DNA of 64,000 nucleotides from Mobula birostris. Lineage: Eukaryota. Location of the stretch: NCBI RefSeq assembly GCF_030028105.1, contig NC_092393.1, positions 9,614,012 through 9,678,011 on the forward strand. Direction: 5' to 3'. A program made the translations under genes and the position numbers. The notes beneath the pieces were generated by a model, which was given only the letters and a program-made list of their open reading frames with translations, was not told the origin of the DNA and made no database searches. Below are positions 53,875-64,000 of this stretch, one piece after another (within the stretch, counting starts at the first letter, position 1; the number at the start of each line of letters is the position of its first letter).

Positions 53875-54245
53875 CACACTGAACATCATCACCACACACT
53901 GGAATATCATCACCTTAAACCAAACACCATCACCACACACTGGAATATCATCACTCTACACCAAACACCATCACCACACACTGGAATATCATCACCTTAC
54001 ACCAAACACCATCATACACTGGAACATCATGACTTTACAGCAAACACCATCATCACACACTGGAATATCATCACCTTACACCGAATACCATCACCACACG
54101 CTGGAATATCATCATCTTACACTGAACACCATCACCACACACTGGAATAACATCACCTTACACCAAACACCATCACCACACACTGGAATATCATCACCTT
54201 ACACTGAACACTTCCACTCCCATCACCGTCATACATTGGATATCA
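53875..54245. repeat. 41-bp minisatellite (CACACTGGAATATCATCACCTTACACCAAACACCATCACCA), about 8-9 copies
   Basis: The GGAAT/GGAAC anchor recurs at 53901, 53942, 53983, 54021, 54062, 54103, 54144 and 54185. Confidence 0.9.
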
Positions 54246-55356
54246 CATTGTGCAATTTAATGTTACAAACAGTGTGACAGATGTATTAAGTAAGATTAAA
54301 TTACATCCAAATGGACTCCTGCAGTGCTTAAAGCCTGTGTAGCACAGAATAAATTCCTATACTGTAGATATTCTCTATATGTACTAACAGGCTAGACATG
54401 TTGCAGTTTTGAAGCACAATGAAGCAACCAAATGCCTTCTGTGTATTTCTGACCTTTGTGTTTAATATGCAGATATACCAATTGAAATTGGCAATTAAGC
54501 TAATGCAAGTTGCAATCGCAAGATGACTATTTGCAATTGAAATCTTGACCATGTTGGCATCTGCAGTGCAGAGAGGTGATGAATATAACCCAGCATCTGG
54601 GATACACTGTTTTTGACTCTCCGCATACAAAACCACCGTGATAATCTATCAAAGCATCTTGTGTCAGCACCATATCTTGTACATTTTACCAACAGAAGTT
54701 TTACATTCTTGTTAATAATGAGGGAAATGCCAATACAAGCTTGTAAAAGTAAAATTACACTAAGTACATCTACTTGTCTGTAACAATGCTGATGCACCCT
54801 TCTGTCACATTGTTCTTGATATTTATGAAAATTGATTAAAAGCTTCCTCCTTATTTCCATTTTTCTTTGATGTGGGAATTGGCAGATCTCTGTATCTGGG
54901 TTCCTAATAGCCTTTAAAATGAATATGGAAGTTTGGCACTATCAGACAGTTCAACCTGTTAATCTCAGAGCTCTAGCACCTCTGCATCACACCACCATGC
55001 CACTGTAAACTCCTATTCCCTTCTCAATTTTCTTCTCAGTCACTTCTATGCTAGTTGTTACAATTGCTCCACATGACCATGAATTCCAGTTCCTGACCTG
55101 AAAGTAGAAATTTCTTGTCACACAGATCTGTGGAAGGAGAAACAGTGTCATTGCTTCATGTCAGCGACCTTACATCAGAGCTAACCAGCTGAGTGTTTCC
55201 AGAATTTTCTGTTGTTATATCAGATTTCCAGCCTCTGCAGTGATTTTTATTTTCATTTCCAATTTCTTACCACATTCTGAATTCCCGACTGTATTTGTTA
55301 CTGCCTCTCTTACAATCACGAATTTGAGCTTTGGTTCATATATCATCTCTTCTTTT

Positions 55357-55881
55357 CATAGAAACATAGAAAATCGGTGCAGGAGTAGGCCATTCGGCCC
55401 TTCGAGCCTGCACCACCATTCAGTATGATCATGGTTGATCATCCAACTCAGAACCCTGTACCAGCCTTCCCACCATACCCCCTGATCCCTTTAGCCACGA
55501 GGGCCATATCTAACTCCCTCTTAAATATAGCCAATGTACTGGCCTCAACTGCTTCCTGTGGCAGAGAATTCCACAGATTCACCACTCTCTGAGTGAAGAA
55601 GTTTTTCCTAATCTCAGTCCTAAAAGGCTTCCCCTTTATCCTCAAACTGTGACCCCTTGTTCTGGACTTCCCCAACATCGGCAACAATCTTCCTGCATCT
55701 AGCCTGTCCAATCCCTTTAGGATTTTATACATTTCAATCAGATCCCCCCTCAATCTTCTAAATTCCAACGAGTACAAGCCCAGTTCATCCAGTCTTTCTT
55801 CATATGAAAGCCCTGCCATCCCAGGAATCAATCTGGTGAACCTTCTTTGTACTCCCTCTATGGCAAGGATGTCTTTCCTCA
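55357..55881 (-). mobile_element. Young CR1 3' fragment with an intact ORF2 C-terminus
   Basis: RKDILAIEGVQRRFTRLIPG...[14 protein letters not shown] without disruption; same 3' end as ~5326-5550. Confidence 0.9.
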
Positions 55882-56297
55882 AGTGTTAACAAGGATGATT
55901 CCAGGAATGAAAGGGTTATCATACGAGGAACATTTGATGGCTCTGGGTCTGTACTCACTGTAATTCTGAAGGATAAGGAGGGATCTCATTGAAACCTTTC
56001 AAATGTTGAAAGGCCTAGACGAAGTAGATGTGGAAAAGATGCTTCCCATGGTGGGAGAGTCTAGGACAATAGGGCATAGCGTCAGGATAGAAGGGCGCCC
56101 TTTCAAAACAGAGGTGCAGAGAAATTTCTTTTGCCAAAGGGTGGTGAATTTGTGAAATTTGTTGCCAAATGCAACTGTGGAGGCCAGGTCGTTGGGTGTA
56201 TTTAAGGCAGAGATTGACAGGTTGTTGATTGGATATCGCATCAAAGGTTACAGGGAGAAGGCCGGGAACTGGGGTTGAGCAGGAGATAGAAAAAATG

Positions 56298-57925
56298 TAA
56301 ACACAAAATAATCTGCAGATGCTGTGATCAAAGCAACACACTTGGTACACTGGATGAACTCAGCAGGTCGGGCAGCAGCAGTAGCATCAGTTAGAAACAA
56401 TGAGTCGACGTTTCGGGCCGGAATCCTTTGTCAGGACTGAAGAATGAAAGATGGAGAAGGATTTGAAGAATGCTTGTAGCTTCAGTTGAAAGACAAAGGG
56501 AGTTTATTGAGACCCAGCTACGCCTGCCTCTTCGTTGGTTATGTGGAACAGCCTGTGCTCCAAACCTATTCTGGTACTGCTCCTCAACTTTTCCTTCGGT
56601 ACATTGACGACAACATTGGTGCTGCCTCCTGCACCCATGCTGAGCTCGTCAATTTCATCGACTTTACTTCAAACTTCCACCCAGCCCTCAAATTCAATTT
56701 CTCTATCTCGGACACTTCTCTCCCCTTTCTCGATGTCTCAGTCTCCATCTCTGGAGACAGACTGTCCACTGACATCTTCTACAAGCCCACTGACTTTCAT
56801 AACTACCTCGACTATACCTCTTCCCACCCCGCCACATGCAAAAATGCCATTCCCTATCCCCAGTTCTCTGTCACATCTGCTCAGAGGATGAAGCTTTCCG
56901 TTCCAGGACATCTCAAATGTCCTCTTTCTTTAAGGATCGTGGTTTCCCTTCTACCGTCATCAATGATGCCCTCACCCGCATCTCCTCCATTTCCCGCACT
57001 TCGGCCCTCAACCCATCCTCCCGCAACCACAACAGTGACAGAGTTCCCCTTGTCCTTACCTACCACCCCACCAGCCTCCAGATCCAGCACATTATCCTCT
57101 GCAACTTCTGCCACCTTCAACAGGACCCCACCACTAAGCCCATCTTTCCCTCTCCACTTTCCACAGGGATCGGTCCCTCCGCGACTCCATTATGCGCACG
57201 TCTATCCCCACTGATCTCCCACCCGGCACTTATCCCTGTAAGCGTAAGTGCTACACCTGTCCCTACACCTCATCTCTTGCAACCATTCAGAGCCCCAAAC
57301 AGTCCTTCCAGGTGAGACAACACTTCACTTGTGAGTCTGTTGGGGTCATCTATTGCATCCGGTGCTCCCGGTGCGGCCTCCTCTACATCGGTGAAACCCG
57401 ACACAGATTGGGGGACTGCTTCGTCAAGCACCTCCACTCTGTCCGCCACAATAGACAGGATCTCCCGGTAGCCACCCACTTCAACTCTGCTTTCCATTCA
57501 GATATGTCCATACATCACCTCCTCTACTGCCATGATGAGGCTAAACTCAGGTTGGAGGAGCAACACCTTATATACCGTCTAGGTAGTCTCCAGCCCCTTG
57601 GTATGAACATAGAATTCTCCAACTTCCAGTAATCCCCTCCCCCTCCCTTCCTCTATCCCTATGCCACTCTACCCCCTCCCCCAGCTCCCTCATGGTTCCG
57701 CCTCCTCCTTCTACTACCCATTGTTTTGAGGGCTATGACCTCAATGCTTCCCCTCCCCCACCCCTTTGTCTTTCAAATTACTGGTCTTTCAACTGAAGCT
57801 ACAAGCATTCTTCAAATCCTTCCCCATCTTTCATTCTTCAGTCCTGACGAAGGGTTCCGGCCCGAAACGTCGACTCATCGTTTCTAACTGATGCTGCCCG
57901 ACCTGCTGAGTTCATCCAGCGTACT
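56298..57925 (+). mobile_element. Penelope-like element: truncated RT plus GIY-YIG endonuclease, inverted pseudo-LTR ends, 13-bp TSD
   Basis: RT motifs YACLFVGYVEQ..FLRYIDD and GIY-YIG motif VIYCIRCSRCGLLYIGET. Inverted arms at ~56345-56494 and ~57784-57924. GATAGAAAAAATG flanks at 56285-56297 and 57926-57938. Confidence 0.95.
57840..57875 (+). ncRNA. Minimal type I hammerhead ribozyme motif in the Penelope pseudo-LTR
   Basis: AGTC-CTGACGA-A-GGGT(TCCG)GCCC-GAAAC-GTC^GACT: stem I AGTC/GACT, conserved core, palindromic ACGT stem III. Confidence 0.8.
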
Positions 57926-58299
57926 GATAGAAAAAATGATCAGCCATGATTGAATGGCAAAGCAGACTCGACGGGCCAGATGGCCTAATTTTGCTCCTAT
58001 GTCTTATGGTCTTATTAAAGATGATGATCGAATCACAATGTTGGAGTGAAAATCAACAATCCTGGAAATTTGACAGTCACCATATTTTATATAACCCACT
58101 GGGTACAGAGTAGAAATGACCAGCAGAGATTCAATGGGACTTTGTTTCAACAATACAAAATACTTCTGTAGTTTAAATGAGCTAACAAATAGAAAAGTAA
58201 ATGTAGGGATCCAAATTCAAACAATTATTTACGAAATGACATGTTATATAAATATACTTGATCACCTTTGTAATATACATCTCTTTAGAATAATGGCAC

Positions 58300-58505
58300 T
58301 GTTTCTGATACTCTGTGCATTTGTTTCTGGTTGTGTGTTTCTTTGTGGTTTGTATATACGTATGTATTTGTGTATTTGTGTCTGCATGTGTTTGTTTTGT
58401 TAATGGGCATGTTTGCGTGTGTATGTGATTTTCTGCATTTGTATGTGTATTTATGTTGCCACGTATGGTTTGCATGGACATGTTTCTTTGTGTTTACTTG
58501 CATGC
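58300..58505. repeat. Degenerate (TG)/(TGTT)-rich low-complexity tract
   Basis: Base composition. Confidence 0.7.
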
Positions 58506-59902
58506 TTAGGAACTACCTATCTACCTATTTATTTATTTAGAGATACAGCACAGACCAAGCCCTTCCAGTCCATTGAGCCATAATGCCCAGCAACCCACCT
58601 ATGTAAACCTAGATGATTTACAGTGAACAACCAACCTACTAACTGGTACATCTTTGGAATATGGGAGGAAACTAGAGCACCCAGAGAAAGCCCATGCGTT
58701 TACAGGGAGAACTTCCAAACCCCTTACAGGCAGCATCAGAATTGAACTCTGAACTCTGACACCCCGAGGTGTGATAGAGTTGTGCTACCATGGCACCCTA
58801 TACTCCAACCGTATGGAAATTCAGTTTCCTCGGCTGTGTTGAGTCAGCTCATCATGGCCAATACTCTATCTGTGCTTCAATGCTTGATGAAAATAATGTT
58901 TAGCTTTGATGAGGTTCACTGTCAAACAATATCCTAACATTTGCCATTGAAGTGAACACATGGTTTTGAGACAATAGAGAGTGAAAAATCTCAGCAGGAG
59001 AGATGGAGAAGAAGCAAATGAGAACCTTACTTATTATTGGATTACAACCAAAGTTCAAAACATTGCGGTCATTCTCTGGTACCATATCCATTAGGTTTGA
59101 TTGGACACACTCTCCATACCTTTGCCTGTTTAGTGATAAAGGTAAAGTTATAAGTGATGAATTAATGATTCACCCATTCTGGTCAGTCCTTCAGTGGCTA
59201 CACACTATACAGGGGTGGGCATTTGTCATCCTATTTCTTTCATTACTGAATCAGAATCCAGAAATTTCTTACCTGGTAGGATGGAGGGAATAAGCTTGTC
59301 ACACAGTTCAAGATGATAGCTCACCAGCACCTTCTAACAGGTAACTATGGATGAGCAATCAATGTTGGCGTTTTTACTAACATTTAGATCCCCAAAAGCT
59401 AGTTACTCAGAATTACATAATTTCAACTCAAACAGTTTGGATACCACGATATAGTAAATGGGTGCTGGATACTGTTGTGAAATGGGGTTTCACTGGAGCA
59501 TTAATACAACCAGCCTTGCGTGGAAATGCAGAAGGCACAAGGGATCCTTATGGACTTCAGTGTGATTTCTGCATGGTGACTTCAAGATTCAGGATTCATT
59601 TATTATAAAGAATGTATAAAGCATACGAATTTGAAGTTTGCTTGCTCACAGGTAGCCACAAAGCAAGAAACCCAAAAGAATCCAATTAAAGAAAAGATAA
59701 AAATGAAAGACCAACACTTGATGCACAAGAGAAAGAGAAAAAAATACAAATCAAGCAAACAATTTAAGTGAACCACAGAGAGATCTTACCTGTTTGGTGA
59801 CAGGACAACTATTTATTTTGAGAGACTGGAGAGTTTTGACTGGTAGAAGGGAGGGAGCCAAAGGTTGTGGGACATGTCAGCACCAAATGACCTCCCTGTG
59901 CT

Positions 59903-59938
59903 AGTCCTGACGAAGGGTCTTGGCCTGAAACGTCGACT
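59903..59938 (+). ncRNA. Minimal hammerhead motif heading a solo Penelope pseudo-LTR unit (~59900-60035)
   Basis: AGTC-CTGACGA-AGGGTCTTGGCCT-GAAAC-GTC^GACT; the core is intact and stem II closes with a G-U pair. Confidence 0.7.
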
Positions 59939-60957
59939 GTACCTCTTCCTAGAGATGCTGCCTGGCCTGCTGCGTTCACCAGCAACTTTGATGTGTGTTG
60001 CCTGAATTTCCAGCATCTGCAGAATTCCTGTTGTTTTCCCTGTGTCAGGACCTATTTTGCTTACATAGAGAGGTTATTATCAGTAGGATCTCTAAGGTAG
60101 TAATCTTTGGTTTAGTTCTACTGAGGCACTTTGATAGAAGTTGAAAGGAAGGCTTGATATGCTCTAGGCTCTGGAGCAGGAGACATCTGTTCAAGATAGA
60201 CCTTAGTAGGACAGGGAATGATGTCCTTAACAGGAAGTTTGAACCCTTTCCTAGTTGGAAAGGGTTCAACCTATGTTGGTATGGAAATGGAAACCAGTAT
60301 TTAGTAGTTGAAAAGGTGGTTCACAAAGGAACTGGAGTGTTAGATCAAATGAATAAAGTAAGTATGTTGCAGATGGGAAGAAAATAAGAGACGGAATGAC
60401 GAATATAAAAGCAGCTCTAGAATGCTTGCCTGTAAATTCATTAAGTTTGGAGAATAACACTGGTGAGCTTCAGGCACAATTAACCAAATGGGTTATGATG
60501 TAGTTGCAGTAACTAAAACATGGCTCTGTATGACACCTCCCTGAATACAAAGTAATCTCAATAGACTGGGAAGGAGAAATGGGAGGGAGGGTGTCAATAC
60601 AAATGAAGGAAGATGTGTCAGAGAGGTGGGGCGAATAATCTGTTTGGTTAGCATTGATGTGCAGGAAGGAAGTCATCACACCACTGGGGACATTGTATTG
60701 GTCAGCAAATAGAAATAAAGGAGAAAATCTGCAGGGAAGTTACAGAATTGGGCAGTAAATTAGCCTTATCTCAATTAATCAATTACAGAGCACATTCCTG
60801 GAAGTGCTACTCTACGTTGCCACTAGCCCTACCACTGAATTGGCAATAAGATCAATATTGTTGAAGCTGCACTCATTTGGACAAGTGGAAAATATTCTCT
60901 CTCCTGACCTCAGCCTTTTAGATGGTGGAGAGACTTTGTGGAGTAAGGAAATGAGTT

Positions 60958-62672
60958 AGGGAAAATTCCAAGGCATTCTACAAGTATGTGCAGAGCTAGA
61001 GGATAAGTCGTGAAAGAATAGGACCTATCAAGTGTGACAATGGGAAAGTGTGTATGGAACCGGAGGAAATAGCAGAGGTACTTAGTGAATACTTTACTTC
61101 AGTATTCACTATGGAAAAGGATCTTGGTGATTGTAGTGATGACTTGCAGTGGACTGAAAAGCTTGAGTATGTAGATATTAAGAAAGAGGATGTGCTGGAG
61201 CTTTTGGAAAGCATCAAGTTGGATAAGTCGCTGGGACCGGACGAGATGTACCCCAGGCTACTGTGGGAGGTGAGGGAGGAGATTGCCGAGTCTCTGGCGA
61301 TGATCTTTGCATCATCCATGGGGACGGGAAAGGTTCTGGAGGATTGGAGGGTTGCGGATATTGTTCCTTTATTCAAGAAAGGATTCATGAACATTTGGAG
61401 AGGTATAACATAATTAGGAAAAGACAGCATGGCTTTGCCAAGGGCAGATCCTGCCTTACGAGCCTGATTGAATTTTTTGAGGATGTGACTAAGCACATTG
61501 ATGAAGGAAAAGCAGTAGATGTAGTGTTTATTGATTTCAGCGAGGCATTTGATTAGGTACCCCATGCAAGGCTGATTGAGAAAGTAAGGAGGCATGGGAT
61601 CCAAGGGGACATTGCTTTGTGGATCCAGAACTGGCTTGCCCACAGAAGGCACAGAGTGGTTGTAAATGGGTCATATTCTGCACAGAAGTTGGTGAGCAGT
61701 GGTGTGCCTCAGGGATCTGCTCTGGGACCCTTACTCTTCATGATTTTTATAAATGACCTGGGTGAGGAAGTGGAGGGATAGGTTAGTACGTTTGCTGATT
61801 ACACAAAGGTTGGAGGTGTTGCGGATAGTGTGCAGGGCTGTTAGAGGTTACAGCGGGACATTGATCGGATGCAAAACTGGGCTGAGAAGTGGCAGATGGA
61901 GTTCAACCCAGATAAGTGTGAAGTGGTTCATTTTGGTAGGTCAAATATGATGGCAGAATATAGAATTAATGGTAAGACTCTTGGCAGTGTGGAGGATCAG
62001 AGGAATCTTGGGGTCCGAGTCCATAGGATGCTCAAAGCAGCTGCACAGGTTGACTGTGGTTAAGAAGGCATACGGTGTATTGGCCTTCATCAATCGTAGG
62101 ATTGAATTTAGGAGCCGAGAGGTAACGTTGCAGCTTTATAGGACCCACTTGGAGTACTGTGCTCAGTTCTGGTCGCCTCACTACAGGAAAGATGTGGAAA
62201 CCATAGAAAGGGTGCAGAGGAGATTTACAAGGATGTTGCCTGGACTGGGGAACATGCCTTATTAAAACAGGTTAAGTGAACTCGGCCTTTTCTCCTTGGA
62301 GCGGCGGAGGATGAGAGGTGACCTGATAGCGGTGTAGAAGATGATGAGAGGCACTGATCGTGTGGGTAGTCAGAGTTTTTTTCCCCAGGGCTGAAATGGT
62401 TGCCACAACAGGACACAGGTTTAAGGTGCTGGAGAGTAGGTACAGAGGAGATATCAAGGGTAAGATTTTTACGCAGGGAGTGGTGAGTGTGTGCCAGCAA
62501 TGGTGGTGGAGGCAGGTATGATAGGATCTTTTAAGGGACTTTTGGATAGGTACATGGAGCTTAGAAAAATAGAGGGCTATGTATAAGCCTAGTACATGGG
62601 TAGGGACATGTTTGGCACAACTTTGTGGGTTGAAGGGCCTATATTGTGCTTTAGGATTACTATGTTTCTATG
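60958..62672 (+). mobile_element. 5'-truncated CR1 LINE, same subfamily as 37290-39432, with an internal deletion near 61380
   Basis: Closely similar RT region; the [20 protein letters not shown] segment is missing. Confidence 0.93.
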
Positions 62673-62879
62673 AAATACCAAGGGAAGGTGTCTCCAGTGT
62701 GAATCAGGCTGAAGAAAAGAAGGTGAGAGGGAAGATGAAAAGGAAAACAAGATGAACAAAGAGAAAGGATGAAAAGAAAATGGTGGTTTACATAAAAGAG
62801 AATCTCAAAGTCTTCTATCCTCTGCTCAGTAGGTGATTCTACCAGAAGGGATGGAGCCACTAAGGTTGAGGAAGGTGGC

Positions 62880-64000
62880 TGATACATACGATGGAAGATT
62901 TGGACACACTATCTAATGAGTATTTTACCAAGGAAGAGAGTGAAATTAAAATCTCAGTTACAGGGTTAGTGGAAGGGGAGATGTCATGGAGATAATGGAT
63001 AAAGTGACAGTTGACAAAGAGAAGGCTGACACCAAGAAAGTCTGACTTAGCTTAATTTAAGCAACCCACATGGTCCACTGGGCATGTAGCCCAAGTTGAG
63101 GAGAAGGGTGGGGTGCAGACTGCACTTCCCTAATCCCTTAAGCCCTCTTGGTTCAATAGTTCTTGAAACAGCTTTGTTCAAAACAGGAATGTGTAAGGAC
63201 AAGCTAGGCAGTGAAAGGCAATCCACTGAACCTCACCTGTGGGGATTCTTTTAGGAACAATAACTAGGAATGGATCAGTAATGGCATGGAGAGGACTGAG
63301 TTAGTGTTGGAAAGCCAGCACAGTTGTTAAGGGAAAAATGTGCTTGCTTATCCTAAACCAATGTTTGGATAAGCTAACAGAGAAGGCTGATGAAGGAAAC
63401 ATTGCATTACAGATGAACATAGAAAGAAAAAAACATTTACATTCATGTAGCAATATAACCTGAAAGCACTTTACCATCATACTGGAAGTGACAAGATCAT
63501 GGTGTAGGAAATGTGGCATTTGGAAAATTCCCACCAGGAGGACTAGATGGCAAAAATGACGTCCAGGGCATTGAAGTCAGCTGCAGTTGGGAGGGGGAAT
63601 TGGCTGAAAGTCAAAAAGCACAGAGTGGTGGTAAACTGTTGTTTCTCAGGTGGGAGGACAGTGGACAGTGGTGCTTTCCAAAGGTCATTCCATGGCACTA
63701 CCAACGTGATACATGTTATGACATAGGCAAGGTAATGTTTCCAAATTGGGGATGGAACAAAACTTGAAAGAATGGAGAGCTGTAAGGAGGATCATAGGAG
63801 ACTGACACACTAGATGAATGACAAAGCCAAGTGGCACATGGAATTTACTAGAGATAAGTGTGAAATAATACACTTTGGCAGAATGAATGAAAGGACAATG
63901 TGGAGTGAATGAACTATTTAAAAGGGTGTGAAGGAGTAGGGGCACTGGGATGTACAAAGTCTTTCAACGTGGTAGCATATGTTGAAGTATATTGAATCCT
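62880..64000 (+). mobile_element. Very old CR1 ORF2 remnants
   Basis: Scattered remnants (FTKEE, CL..L..C, NWL..QKAQ.VV, KCEIIHFGR). Confidence 0.55.

Larger units (their letters stand above)
55882..58015 (+). mobile_element. CR1 3' fragment whose 3' UTR is split by the Penelope insertion
   Basis: TRMIPGMKGLSYEE remnant; the UTR resumes at 57939 (atcagccatgattgaatggc...tcttatggtctta). Confidence 0.85.

Noticed and set aside
53875-54245. CRISPR-like periodicity
   Set aside because: Units are contiguous with no unique spacers, there are no cas genes, and the context is eukaryotic.
53741-54277. His/Thr-rich 178-aa ORF (and the 115-aa ORF at 51683-52030)
   Set aside because: Translation of minisatellites; the 41-bp unit is not a multiple of three and there are no supporting gene signals.
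54661-54680. REST/RE1 site (TCAGCACC; also at ~59877)
   Set aside because: Left half-site only, without the GGACAG right half.
58116-58540. Several overlapping short ORFs
   Set aside because: Products of a TG-rich low-complexity tract.
59785-59900. Possible minus-strand exon ending in CAG|GTAAG
   Set aside because: No recognisable coding content or partner exons, and it sits between two repeats.
30000-64000. A second host gene upstream of the kinase
   Set aside because: No ORF with non-transposon similarity was recognised; small exons cannot be excluded by eye.

Overview
Vertebrate genomic DNA, most likely a cartilaginous fish (elasmobranch-type CR1, HE1-like SINE and Penelope repeats). 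One protein-coding gene is supported: an SBK1-family Ser/Thr kinase of the bsk146 type on the minus strand. It has coding exons 21168-21336, 3740-3942 and 1026-1811 (385 aa), a probable non-coding first exon (~28788-29045) and a CpG-rich promoter with a TATA-like box and phased CCAAT boxes. The rest is mostly nested retroelements: CR1 LINEs (two near full length, with SGNH-esterase ORF1), Rex1-like LINEs, Penelope-like elements carrying minimal hammerhead ribozymes, SINEs, Tc1/mariner-type MITEs, a solo LTR, a decayed Gypsy RT and two related minisatellites. The most notable observations are (i) an ATF4-like uORF layout in the predicted kinase 5' leader, (ii) a TSD-flanked Penelope insertion with inverted, ribozyme-bearing ends plus many collapsed palindromic derivatives, and (iii) two CR1 copies 23 kb apart that share the same inactivating stop codon. 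Family names come from motif recognition rather than database searches, and repeat boundaries are approximate unless a TSD or TIR is quoted.
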